DNA of 57,596 nt from Pseudobdellovibrionaceae bacterium (GTDB taxonomy: Bacteria > Bdellovibrionota_B > Oligoflexia > Oligoflexales > Bog-1112): assembly GCA_002711925.1 (NCBI GenBank), contig PASJ01000001.1, positions 1 through 57,596 on the forward strand, read 5' to 3'. This document shows positions 20,018 to 30,154 of this stretch, in pieces. The notes below the pieces were generated by a model. That model searched no databases. It had not been told where the DNA came from and worked only from the letters and a program-made list of their open reading frames with translations. The stretch's first letter is position 1. Every line of letters starts with the position of its first letter. Position numbers and translations under genes: made by a program.

Positions 20018-21712
20018 CTAATCATTATCGGAGGAAGTAGACTTGATAACCTCTTCGATAGTGGTTAAGCCTTGAATCATTTTCGCTATTGCTGACTGTC
20101 TTAAGCTTCTCATACCCTCTTTCATGGCAACTTTCTTAATGTCAACTGCAGCAGCACCATTTAAGATACTACGCTTTACGGCTTCTTTAAGAATCAACAC
20201 CTCATGAACAGCAACTCTTCCCTTATAACCAGACTGGCCACAAGTACCACAGCCTGCTCCCTTGTAGACTTGAACTTTACTTGCAAATTTTTCAGGAAGA
20301 CCCAGCTCTGTCAGTAGCTCTGGGGTTACATTCTGATCAACCTCCTTACATTCAGAACAAATCCTTCTCATCAATCTTTGAGCTGTAATACCATTTAAAG
20401 CTGCAACTAAATTAAACGGAGCGGCGCCCATATTAAGTAAACGTGAGATTGTATCTGGCGCACTATTTGTGTGTAGAGTAGAAAGAACTAAGTGTCCCGT
20501 TAAAGCAGCCTTCATTGCAATTTCTGCCGTTTCTAAATCACGAATCTCCCCTACCATAATAATATCAGGATCTTGTCTCAAAAAAGCACGAAGCGCTGCC
20601 GAGAAATCTAATCCAATATCAGGCTTCATCTGAACTTGGTTAATACCAGACAAACTGTACTCTACTGGATCCTCTGAAGTCATTACATTAGAAGATTCTC
20701 TATTCAGCTCCTGCAATGCCGAATATAAAGTTGTTGTTTTACCAGAACCTGTTGGCCCTGTTACGAGAACCATTCCATTGGGACTATTTATGGCTCCTTG
20801 AAAATCTTTCAGCTGGTACGACTCAAAACCAAGTTGGGTCATATCCACTTGTAGGTTTGATTTATCAAGTATCCTCATAACAATTTTTTCTCCATGAACA
20901 GTCGGAAGAGTGTTGACACGAAAATCAATGGGATCTTTTCCTACTGTAACATTAATTGCCCCATCTTGGGGTAGCCGTGTTTCTGCAATATTTAAACCAG
21001 ACATGATTTTTATTCTTGAAATCAGAGCACCTTTCATACCCAAAGGAGGCTTTACAATCTCCTTTAGAGCACCGTCTATACGAAGTCTAACCCTTAAACT
21101 TTCTTCGTAGGCTTCAATATGAATGTCAGAGGCACCGGTTTCTTTACACTGTATTAACACATCATTGACCAATTTTATAATTGGACCATCATCTTTGTCT
21201 CCAACACCTTCTCCGATAACTGTTCTCATCTTTCCAGAGTCACCGTTTGTCTTTGAGCTTGAACCACTCATTTTCATTTCTTTTAAATCAACTGAACTGT
21301 AAAACTTTTCTATAGCATCGAGTATTTTTACAACTGAAGCCACAACCGGCTTTGGCAAAAGCTTGCTCTTAAAACGGACAGCGTCTATTGCTTGAAGATC
21401 TTTTGGGTTTCCCATAGCAAGGACAATATTATTACCAACCTTTTCGATTGGTAAGACAAAATGCTTTTTTGCGATATCTTTTGGGACTAGACTGAGTATC
21501 TTTGGATCGATGGTTACTTTTTGAAGATCAATCTTTTCAAGTTTGTAATACTGCGAAAACAAGTCTAATAGCTTATCTGCATCAATAAGATTTGATTTTT
21601 CCAGAGTAAATATAATTGGGCACTTATCACTTTTTGCTCTCTCCTCAGCTCTTTTATAGTCTTCGGGAGACAGCTGTGCTTCCTTGGTTAACAATTCCTG
21701 AAGGGTTAACAT
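20018..21712 (-). CDS. pilB: Type IV-A pilus assembly ATPase
   Basis: ASDIHIE, RLPQDG, Walker A GPTGSGKTTT, LRQDPDIIMVGEIRD, TGHLVLSTLH, CxxC...CxxC zinc motif. Confidence 0.95.
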   Translation of the reverse strand: MLTLQELLTKEAQLSPEDYKRAEERAKSDKCPIIFTLEKSNLIDADKLLDLFSQYYKLEKIDLQKVTIDPKILSLVPKDIAKKHFVLPIEKVGNNIVLAMGNPKDLQAIDAVRFKSKLLPKPVVASVVKILDAIEKFYSSVDLKEMKMSGSSSKTNGDSGKMRTVIGEGVGDKDDGPIIKLVNDVLIQCKETGASDIHIEAYEESLRVRLRIDGALKEIVKPPLGMKGALISRIKIMSGLNIAETRLPQDGAINVTVGKDPIDFRVNTLPTVHGEKIVMRILDKSNLQVDMTQLGFESYQLKDFQGAINSPNGMVLVTGPTGSGKTTTLYSALQELNRESSNVMTSEDPVEYSLSGINQVQMKPDIGLDFSAALRAFLRQDPDIIMVGEIRDLETAEIAMKAALTGHLVLSTLHTNSAPDTISRLLNMGAAPFNLVAALNGITAQRLMRRICSECKEVDQNVTPELLTELGLPEKFASKVQVYKGAGCGTCGQSGYKGRVAVHEVLILKEAVKRSILNGAAAVDIKKVAMKEGMRSLRQSAIAKMIQGLTTIEEVIKSTSSDND

Positions 21713-21831
21713 AAATTCCTCGAATCAATAATGTGAACTAATGATTTGTCGGAATTTAAAAATTAAAATAAAATTTTTTATTATCTTTAACTTGGCTTTC
21801 TATCAAAAAAAGTCAAAAAAAAACATTTAAA

Positions 21832-22401
21832 CTAAGACTTAAAAAGATTTTCTTGTCCATTAAAAATCTTGGTAAGATAACGAGCGAAAACAAATAACCA
21901 ATCACTTAAACGGTTGATTATAGAAATAAAACTTATGTGCTGATCTTCTTTCTCATAAAGCTTCACCAAAAGTCGCTCAGCCCTGCGACAGATACACCGA
22001 CAACTATGAGCTAGAGAACTACGCAGATCTCCACCTGGTATAACAAAATTCGCTAACGGTGTTAAATCTTCATTCATTTTATCAATTTCCTGCTCAAATT
22101 TTGTCAAAACATCTTGGTGCGAAGCATTGGGATCAAGTAATCTATCTGGTACTTTTGCTAAAGCTAATTTTGCATTCATTCGAAATAAAAGATGCTGTTT
22201 TTCCTCAATACTAAAAACAACTTTTTTATGCTTCTCTAAATGCTCAGGCTCTAGTTTTATAAAATCCTTTAACACACCTAACTGAGAAATAAGCTCATCA
22301 ATTGTTCCATAAACCTCAATCCTGAGACTACTTTTTGAAACTCTATCAAGACTTGCTAAAGACGTTTTTCCTTGATCACCGCTTTTGGTATAAATCTTCA
22401 C
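21832..22401 (-). CDS. Cob(I)alamin adenosyltransferase, PduO type
   Basis: KIYTKSGDQGKT, YGTIDEL, RRAER, NRLSDWLF; GTG 22401 fits the AAGGA RBS better than ATG 22410. Confidence 0.92.
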   Translation of the reverse strand: MKIYTKSGDQGKTSLASLDRVSKSSLRIEVYGTIDELISQLGVLKDFIKLEPEHLEKHKKVVFSIEEKQHLLFRMNAKLALAKVPDRLLDPNASHQDVLTKFEQEIDKMNEDLTPLANFVIPGGDLRSSLAHSCRCICRRAERLLVKLYEKEDQHISFISIINRLSDWLFVFARYLTKIFNGQENLFKS

Positions 22402-22551
22402 GTTACACATTCCTTATGAAATAAATAGTAATTCCATTAAATTCGAATATTTAATATATAGTAAATTTATAAAATACATTATATTGTAAACTTAAACAAA
22501 TCCGTTCCTATAAAAAATATATATTAATTACACTATGAAGGCACCTAATCT

Positions 22552-23541
22552 TTGTTGCACCCTACTCCCGCGTTGAAAAAACAAAAGGAAAAATGGATAG
22601 TTTCACGAGAATATGATCTATTCTTTTTTATTGGCTCAACAGTGTTTAGTCTAATTTTTTTTTTCGTATATAAAATTTTCACTGAAAACAAAGACCCATT
22701 AATTGCACATGAGAATGAGTTTTACCTTGTTTTGATGTTTTATACATTATTTGACCATCCTCATATTTTCCAAACCTTTTCTCGCTCTCACTTTGATCAT
22801 TCAACCAAATCACGTAGAAAGTACTTTTCCCTTGCGTTCTTATTTTTTCTTGCTCTTGTTTTCTTTTTTTATAAGCTCAAACTATGGGGATACTTAATGA
22901 ATATTATGTCACTTTGGGGCTTGTGGCATATATACAAGCAAAACTACGGTATTCTTGCAGCTTATCACTCTTGTTCTCTGACACCAAAGTTACTTAAATA
23001 CTTCGAGCAAAAAATGTTAGGGCTCACATACTCGAGTGTTGTTGTTTACTATATCCTTTTGAACCATTTTAAAATAAGATTACCCCAATATACAGAAATT
23101 TTACTACTTATCTTTTTAGGGCTAATATTTTCTTGCTGGATATGTAAAATAAGCAAACAAACATTAAAAAATCAGATTCCAAGAATTTTATTTATATCAA
23201 GCATCTGTTCTTTTACTGTATGGTCATTTCTTGTCTGCACAGATGTATCAATTTTAGTCCACGTTGCAATAGAAACAATCTATCATAACATTCAATACCA
23301 AGGTTGGGTCATGCATTACCAAAATCAATCGAAAAGTAAGGAGTATTGCTTCCTTTGGCTCTTATCTTCAATGCTATACGGATGTATCTATGCAACTTTA
23401 GTTTACGCCAGCATAAACGCACCAATCGTACAAACACTAACAAAAGTCTATTTAGCAGCTGTTTTATATCATTATTATATCGATGGACAAGTTTGGAAGC
23501 TGAGTTCCTATCCAGAAATAAAAAAAATTTTTTGCATATAA
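22552..23541 (+). CDS. Multi-pass membrane protein with spaced His motifs (putative metalloenzyme)
   Basis: About 8-9 TM helices with DHPH, LWHIYKQNYG, YHNIQY and YHYYIDG motifs. Confidence 0.65.
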   Translation: MLHPTPALKKQKEKWIVSREYDLFFFIGSTVFSLIFFFVYKIFTENKDPLIAHENEFYLVLMFYTLFDHPHIFQTFSRSHFDHSTKSRRKYFSLAFLFFLALVFFFYKLKLWGYLMNIMSLWGLWHIYKQNYGILAAYHSCSLTPKLLKYFEQKMLGLTYSSVVVYYILLNHFKIRLPQYTEILLLIFLGLIFSCWICKISKQTLKNQIPRILFISSICSFTVWSFLVCTDVSILVHVAIETIYHNIQYQGWVMHYQNQSKSKEYCFLWLLSSMLYGCIYATLVYASINAPIVQTLTKVYLAAVLYHYYIDGQVWKLSSYPEIKKIFCI

Positions 23542-23765
23542 AAGCTGAACCTTATGAACTTTAAAGATATTGTTCTTTAACTAGTTTATAATCTATTTAG
23601 ACGTTTTCTTGAGTTGGTTTTATTTTGTACTTTGTCTATAAAATTTGATTAGCCAAAATTTTAATATTTCTCTATAACACAAGTCGTAAAGTGAGAAAAC
23701 TGAAAAAACAGACACCTTAAACGCATTATTTAAAACTTTCAATCTTCATAAAAAATGGAGCCCCT

Positions 23766-25061
23766 TTGTTTTTACGTCAAATAAAAAAAATAATGAGCGA
23801 AACAGAAAATAAAAAACTTTTGTCAAATTTTTTCTCACTATCAATACTACAGATTTTTATTTACGCCTTGCCGCTGATCTTAATTCCATACCTTTTAAAA
23901 GTTCTTGGAACAGAAAAATTTGGTCTGGTTATGTTTGCACATGCATTTAATTTATATTTTTTTATTCTTATTGACTTCGGATTTAACAACTCTGCAACAA
24001 AAGATATATCGATCCACCGGGAAAACACCAAAAAAGTAAGAGAAATTTTTTCTTCGGTTTTACTAATCAAAATAACTTTAATTTTATTCACATGCTTAAT
24101 CACTTTTATAATAATAAACAGTTTCGACAAATTCTCTAAAAACTCACAACTATTCTACTTCAGTATTATTCAATCTATTGGACAGGGGCTTTTGCCGATA
24201 TGGTATTTCCAAGGACTTGAGAAAATGAACTATGTTACAATAATTAATGTCTGCTCTAGAGTTTTTTTTACTATTTTGATACTTTTTTTTGTTAAAGAAG
24301 AAAAAGATTATCTTTTAGTTCCACTTTTAAATGGCTCAGGAATGCTGGCGGGTTGCCTTATATCGTACTTTATCATTTTCAAAAAATTTCGCCAAAAATT
24401 GATGTTTCCTGAACTTGATGCAATTAGAACGTATTTTTTCTCTGCTTCTCACTTCTTCTTGTCACGCGCATCGGATACACTATACACTTCTAGTAATTCT
24501 TTCATACTTGGTTTATTTACAAATAATTCGAATGTTGCCTACTACTCAATCGCAGAAAAACTTTATCAAGCCAGCTACGAGCTATACCAGCCAATTGCAA
24601 AAGTTTTTTATCCGTATGTTGCAAAGAGCCGGAATATATTTAAGTTTAGAAAAATTTTTTTACTGACACTTTTATTCAACTTCTTTTTTGTATGTTTTGC
24701 TTACATAATCGCACCAAATCTAGTTGAATTTTTATCAGGTCAAATGTTTAGTGAGAGTATAGAGGCTTATAGAATTTTTTTAGTTATTTTAATTTTTGTT
24801 ATTCCTTCAAGCTTAACAGGTTTTCCGCTTGTTGGAGCTTTAGGTCATCAAGGCTACGCTAACTACAGCGTTGTTGTTGGTTCTTGCTTACATTGTCTTA
24901 TATTACTCTGCTTAGCTCTGAGCCACCAGGTCAGCATAAGGACAGTTTTATTCTCTGTTTTATTTGCTGAGATTATTGTCTTATTCATTAGGTTCTATGC
25001 TATTTGGAAATTTGATTTATTTAAAATAAATCAGAGAAAAAACATTTTACCAATAAACTAA
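23766..25061 (+). CDS. wzx: O-antigen/oligosaccharide flippase (Wzx/RfbX)
   Basis: About 12 TM; PLILIPYLLKVLGTEKFG, IDFGF, WYFQGLEKM, VAYYSIAEKL typical of Wzx. Confidence 0.9.
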   Translation: MFLRQIKKIMSETENKKLLSNFFSLSILQIFIYALPLILIPYLLKVLGTEKFGLVMFAHAFNLYFFILIDFGFNNSATKDISIHRENTKKVREIFSSVLLIKITLILFTCLITFIIINSFDKFSKNSQLFYFSIIQSIGQGLLPIWYFQGLEKMNYVTIINVCSRVFFTILILFFVKEEKDYLLVPLLNGSGMLAGCLISYFIIFKKFRQKLMFPELDAIRTYFFSASHFFLSRASDTLYTSSNSFILGLFTNNSNVAYYSIAEKLYQASYELYQPIAKVFYPYVAKSRNIFKFRKIFLLTLLFNFFFVCFAYIIAPNLVEFLSGQMFSESIEAYRIFLVILIFVIPSSLTGFPLVGALGHQGYANYSVVVGSCLHCLILLCLALSHQVSIRTVLFSVLFAEIIVLFIRFYAIWKFDLFKINQRKNILPIN

Positions 25062-25285
25062 TTTTCAAGTAACACTGCTTAAAAATAAATAAAAGATTTA
25101 AAAAACTATATAGAAAAAAGAATGTGAAAACTTTTCCTTAAAGGCGCAGCGATGAGCGTTAACAAACGCCCAGAGGAAATACTCTTTTCCACAAAAAATA
25201 ACAGCAAAAAGCAAGATGAAAATTTTCTTTCAAAACTAACTTTCTATAGATTATTTTTGCTAGTATAAATAAAAGGGGGGGACTT

Positions 25286-27079
25286 ATGTTAATTTTGTCA
25301 ATATTTGTACTTTTCCTTTTCACAATATCAGCGGTTACTTTATCTATGCCCGCTGTTATTAGTTTGACAAAAAATTTAGGTATTATCGATATGCCTGACT
25401 TTTGTCAAACGACACAAGAGAACAAAAGTTCGAGAAAAGTTCACTCCGAGCCTATCCCAAGATCAGGTGGCCTTTCTGTCGTTCTTGTCGTTCTTACTAT
25501 TATGATGCTTCACACTCTTCCAAGGGAATTAGATATCATTTATTTTTCCTCTTTGCTTATTTTCTTATTAGGTTTTCTAGACGACTGCAACAGTTTGAGC
25601 GCAAAGCTAAGACTACTATTTCAACTTGTGGTAACCGTTGTAGCACTATACTCCTCAGACCTTGTTGTAGATACACTCTTCCTAACCCCAGAGCTCAAAA
25701 TTTATTTGGGCAGTTATTGGGGCTTTGTGTTTTCCTCCTTTGTTGTCATTGGAGCTATTAATGCAACAAACCTTATAGATGGACTCGACGGTCTTGCTGG
25801 CGGAATAGTCTTTTGTAGTATTTTAACTTTAAGCTACATCAATATAGTACAAACAAACAACCTTTCATTAGTCTATCATATTTCTATCCCTATTCTGGGG
25901 TCACTCATTGGATTCTTACGCTTCAATATGCATCCTGCGAAAATTTTTCTTGGTGATGGAGGAAGCACATGGCTAGGATTTATGGTTGGTATTTTAATGG
26001 TCATGTGTCTTATAAATTTCAGCCCCTCAGAACCAATTGTCTTCTCTAAATCCATCAACATGGACTTAAATCTTTTTCAACCACCAAAAAACCCTATACC
26101 CTTCATTTCAGTAATTATGTGTCTAGCTCTTCCTATCCTAGACACAAGCACTGTCATTATGCGTAGACTTTTAAACAAGAAGAACCCTCTCAAACCCGAT
26201 AAAAATCACTTACACCATCAGCTGCTACGAATTGGGCTTAGTCACCAGAAAAGTGTGGCGCTACTATATTTCTTAGCATTTTTTATTGGACTAATTGGTA
26301 TCTTCCCAATCGTTTTTGCCTCTTATAAACTCTGGGCTTTGCCCTGGGTTGTAACAGCGATTCTTCCCTATGGCTTATACCGTATTTCTGTTTTAAACCC
26401 GAACAACCTTAGCCCCCACCCCGAAAAAGCCAAGACACCAAAATACAGAGTAACAGTAAGAAAAAATAAAAACTTTATATTAAGAAATTGGGAAACAATA
26501 AACAAATACATTATCTTTTCCGTTATCGGCGTCGCCCATGTGTTTGCTAGCACCCCCTCACTAGAATTAGGCTACGCAGAACTTATGGTGCTATCTTTTG
26601 TTCTTATTAATCAATTCTACGTAAAAAGAACGGACTTCTTTCAAACCTTACTAACGACCTTAGCAACAGCATTTTTATTGATGATAATTAACTACAACCA
26701 AGTTATCATAGAAATTTTTAGCACGAAATACAGACTTCATAGCTATTACAACTATTACTGTTATTTACTTTTTTTTAGCAGTTTAGGGTTGTTGTTTTTT
26801 AGCTTTAAAAGGAGACATTTAGAGATCACTCCCACCTGCTTCCTTTTATTAACAATCCCTTTTATAGTTACCATGTTACCTCTGCCATGGAGTGAGACGT
26901 CTCGCCTTCAAACAATTAGTCTTTGGACTTTCATTTTATTTTTTTCTCTCAGAGCCCTATGCCAAATGAAGAAAATCTTATATAAAAAATTGATGAATTT
27001 AATTATTTTAGCCTTGGTCCCTGTGGTACTTACAAGCTTGTATAGGATGAAAATTATTTATCCAGACACCTTACCATAA
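25286..27079 (+). CDS. MraY/WecA-family undecaprenyl-phosphate sugar-1-phosphate transferase with extra C-terminal TM domain
   Basis: RKVH..PIPRSGG, LGFLDD, NATNLIDGLDGLA, FNMHPAKIFLGDGGS, DKNHLHH; about 230 extra mostly hydrophobic residues. Confidence 0.9.
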   Translation: MLILSIFVLFLFTISAVTLSMPAVISLTKNLGIIDMPDFCQTTQENKSSRKVHSEPIPRSGGLSVVLVVLTIMMLHTLPRELDIIYFSSLLIFLLGFLDDCNSLSAKLRLLFQLVVTVVALYSSDLVVDTLFLTPELKIYLGSYWGFVFSSFVVIGAINATNLIDGLDGLAGGIVFCSILTLSYINIVQTNNLSLVYHISIPILGSLIGFLRFNMHPAKIFLGDGGSTWLGFMVGILMVMCLINFSPSEPIVFSKSINMDLNLFQPPKNPIPFISVIMCLALPILDTSTVIMRRLLNKKNPLKPDKNHLHHQLLRIGLSHQKSVALLYFLAFFIGLIGIFPIVFASYKLWALPWVVTAILPYGLYRISVLNPNNLSPHPEKAKTPKYRVTVRKNKNFILRNWETINKYIIFSVIGVAHVFASTPSLELGYAELMVLSFVLINQFYVKRTDFFQTLLTTLATAFLLMIINYNQVIIEIFSTKYRLHSYYNYYCYLLFFSSLGLLFFSFKRRHLEITPTCFLLLTIPFIVTMLPLPWSETSRLQTISLWTFILFFSLRALCQMKKILYKKLMNLIILALVPVVLTSLYRMKIIYPDTLP

Positions 27080-27118
27080 AGGCTCAGCTAATTAATACAT
27101 CGAATACACAACAACATT

Positions 27119-28480
27119 TTGTCAAAAAATTTAGTACTTAGGTCTTCCTCAATGAACAAAATCATACGAACAACAAGCATACTTTTTATTTTTACCCTGC
27201 CCTTTTGCATATACATGAAAATTGCAGCACAGCTTATATCTTTAGTCTTATCGTGCATTCTTTTGCCTAGCTATATTTTAATAAATAAGACCGACCATCA
27301 AGATTATAAAAAATTCAGAAAACTTGGTTTACTAACACTTAGCTTTTGGCTAATAAGCCCCATATGGAATATAGCTCACTTTCTATTAATAAACGAGCCT
27401 AGTAGAGCTTTTTCTAAAAAAATATTTCACTCTCACTTTCCATCTGCATTCATGATCACAGGCGTTGCACTTTTTGTACTTTCATTGTTTTTAGAATTTT
27501 TTAAAACAAGAATAAAAAATTTAAATAATAGAAATTACACAGCAACCTTTTTTAAACCAATTACAAACGGTTGTATCTGTGCTTGTATTTTTTTTATAGC
27601 ATTAGCTCTATTCCAAAGACAAACAAACTTTAGTCTTGAATTCCCAACGACATTTGATTTGAGCTTACAAAGGTCTTACCGGGTAAAGCTATTTTCTACA
27701 CACACCTTATTACTTGCAAGCACATCCTTAGCAATTTTAGTATTTTCTATAAGCTTCATATATATCTGCCAAAAAAGAGACATCTTCTTACCCGCAAAAA
27801 TAAAAAATATTTTTATACTCTTATCTTTGACAAATATAATCATATTAGCTTTAAACCAAAGTCGTACAGCTCTTGCGATAGCTTGTATTGCTTGCAGTAT
27901 ATTTACCATATTGTACTTTAAAAACATAAGACAAAGTCGACTCTTTCATTTTTTGGTACTTATCTTTGTTGCAATATTTTTTCTCGTTTTAAACCAAAAA
28001 TGGAATACACTTAGACTAAGTCCAGAAGATATTGCCAAGGACCTGAGGTGGCAGATCTGGACGGGTCATTTAAATATGTTTTTATCTCGGCCTTTTTTTG
28101 GTCATAGCAGTTTTTTTCTTACAGAAGAATATAAGAGTATGTTTTATCCGTCTAACAATATTGACCTTGAAACGTACCAAGCGCATAATGTTTTTCTTCA
28201 AATACTAGTAGACACCGGACTAATTGGATTTTTGTTTACAGCTTTAACGGCCTTTGCGTGTTTAAAATCTTACTGTAAAATGACTTGCGAAAAAAATCTT
28301 GTATACACTCCTATTCTTTTTCAAAGCTTGCTTTGGTCACTCTTAGCGAACACACTTCATGGCATGACTCAAAATAATCTTTTCGAATCATCAACAGCAT
28401 GTACGTACATCATTTTATCTTGGGTGATTTTCTGGATACGAATAGAAGAAAAGAACCAACACTCTTTCAAGATGTCATAA
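27119..28480 (+). CDS. O-antigen ligase / Wzy_C family protein
   Basis: Multi-TM, NQSRTA, RWQIW...RPFFGH periplasmic loop, AHNVFLQILVDTGLIG. Confidence 0.82.
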   Translation: MSKNLVLRSSSMNKIIRTTSILFIFTLPFCIYMKIAAQLISLVLSCILLPSYILINKTDHQDYKKFRKLGLLTLSFWLISPIWNIAHFLLINEPSRAFSKKIFHSHFPSAFMITGVALFVLSLFLEFFKTRIKNLNNRNYTATFFKPITNGCICACIFFIALALFQRQTNFSLEFPTTFDLSLQRSYRVKLFSTHTLLLASTSLAILVFSISFIYICQKRDIFLPAKIKNIFILLSLTNIIILALNQSRTALAIACIACSIFTILYFKNIRQSRLFHFLVLIFVAIFFLVLNQKWNTLRLSPEDIAKDLRWQIWTGHLNMFLSRPFFGHSSFFLTEEYKSMFYPSNNIDLETYQAHNVFLQILVDTGLIGFLFTALTAFACLKSYCKMTCEKNLVYTPILFQSLLWSLLANTLHGMTQNNLFESSTACTYIILSWVIFWIRIEEKNQHSFKMS

Positions 28481-28550
28481 GAAAAAGCAAGATAAGCCTG
28501 GAGACAACAAGAAACTTAAAAAAATTTGGCCTTAGAGGTCAGAGTATTTT

Positions 28551-28829
28551 TTAATGACCATACTTTTTAGATTTTATATCACCAAGACTATTGTTGTACT
28601 CTTCGCAATCAATAGCCATAGCTTCTGCTAAATCAATAGCTCCATCAAAATCGTCAAGAGAAATCACTCCCCCATCATCCAAAAGCAAACGCAAAGCTTT
28701 TAGCTGATCTAATATATTTTTATGACTAAATCGAACGGTTTTAAGTTCTTGTTTAAGCTTATAAACCTCAGAGCCTAGCTCTAAAACACTTCGCTCAATA
28801 AAACATAGCTTGTCATCATAGTCTCGCAT
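28551..28829 (-). CDS. Small hypothetical coiled-coil protein
   Basis: Clean ORF with TAGGTG RBS before ATG 28829; heptad pattern; co-oriented with purM. Confidence 0.6.
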   Translation of the reverse strand: MRDYDDKLCFIERSVLELGSEVYKLKQELKTVRFSHKNILDQLKALRLLLDDGGVISLDDFDGAIDLAEAMAIDCEEYNNSLGDIKSKKYGH

Positions 28830-29000
28830 AAGAACACACACCTATTGAAAATGAATTACGATATAAGTCTTCGGAAAGAAAAAACGCAACTTTAGCATCA
28901 ATATAAGATTTTGTTTTGTATAGTAAATATGTGATATTCATATAAAAGTAAAAAAAAGGTAACGAAGGATAGACTTCAAGCTCATTTAACAAATCAAGGG

Positions 29001-30044
29001 CTAAACAAAGTGAACTTTCTTTTCTCCTATACAAGAAGATCGAACCTCACCAACTACGACAGCATCAGAAAAGTGCTCCCGCAAACAACCTTCAAAGTCT
29101 CTTTGTTGCTCTTTTGCAACGAGAATCATCATACCTACACCTAAATTAAAAACCGACTCAAAAGAAAAAATATCCGAAGAAAAGTTTAAAAGAAAGTTTT
29201 TCATCCACAAAGGGGTAGGTATAACTGACTTATTAAGATAACACGACAGCCCTTTTGGAATCACCCGTGACAAGTTAGCAGCAACCCCCCCACCGGTAAT
29301 GTGAGAAAGAGCATGAATAACATCTGGGCTGCACTGTTTAAAAAGTAAAGGTAGACGGGAGTAAATTCTTGTTGGAGTCAGAAGCTTTGCTAATACTTCT
29401 TGGTTGAAAAGATTTGGTTTTTCTAAACACCACTTGCGAAGCAAAGAGTACCCATTGCTATGAAAACCCGACGAAGGTAAAACATAAATTAAATCACCTT
29501 CTCTTACATTTTCAGGACGAATCATCGCTTTTTTTTCGACAGCACCGACCACAAACCCAGCAAGATCAAAGTGCCCCTTCTGGTAAAGACCTGGAAGCTC
29601 TGCAGTTTCTCCACCTAAAAGAGTGCAGGAGCACAAATTCAAGGCTTTCTTAATCCCAGAAAGAACAACTTTAAAACTTAACTCATCGAGTTTTCCGCTA
29701 GCATAATAATCAAGAAAAAAAAGAGGACTGGCACCACTTGTATAGAGATCATTGACACACATAGCGACCAGATCTTGCCCAAGAGATTCAAGCCGCCCAG
29801 AATCTAGCGCCATAAGAAGCTTCGTTCCGACACCGTCAGTAGAAGCTATCAAAACCGGTTGCTTTAAACCCAATCTCCCTAAATCATAAGAGCCTGCAAA
29901 TCCACCAATATTTGAACTTAGCGCGCATTTTGAGTGTTTCTTGGAGTTTTCTTCTGCGATCCAACTAACCAAGCGATCTGCTTTTTCCGTATCAACACCC
30001 GCATCTTTGTAGTAGTTTTGACCAGAATTAAAGTTATCTTTCAT
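29001..30044 (-). CDS. purM: Phosphoribosylformylglycinamidine cyclo-ligase (AIR synthase)
   Basis: YKDAGVD, STDGVGTK, DLVAMCVND, GGETAELPG, SSGFHSNGYS, HITGGG. Start taken at ATG 30044. Confidence 0.96.
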   Translation of the reverse strand: MKDNFNSGQNYYKDAGVDTEKADRLVSWIAEENSKKHSKCALSSNIGGFAGSYDLGRLGLKQPVLIASTDGVGTKLLMALDSGRLESLGQDLVAMCVNDLYTSGASPLFFLDYYASGKLDELSFKVVLSGIKKALNLCSCTLLGGETAELPGLYQKGHFDLAGFVVGAVEKKAMIRPENVREGDLIYVLPSSGFHSNGYSLLRKWCLEKPNLFNQEVLAKLLTPTRIYSRLPLLFKQCSPDVIHALSHITGGGVAANLSRVIPKGLSCYLNKSVIPTPLWMKNFLLNFSSDIFSFESVFNLGVGMMILVAKEQQRDFEGCLREHFSDAVVVGEVRSSCIGEKKVHFV

Positions 30045-30154
30045 AACACTACCAACCCTTATATAGAAAACATCTAACAACAAAAAAGAAGTTAAAAGAA
30101 TTTAAAATAACTGTCCACAACTAGGTCGAAAGAAATAAAGACGAAAGCAAAATC

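Noticed and set aside
25141-25176. ops/JUMPstart element between wzx and the wecA-like gene
   Set aside because: GGCGCAGCG does not match GGCGGTAG; only a short GCGTT/AACGC hairpin is present.
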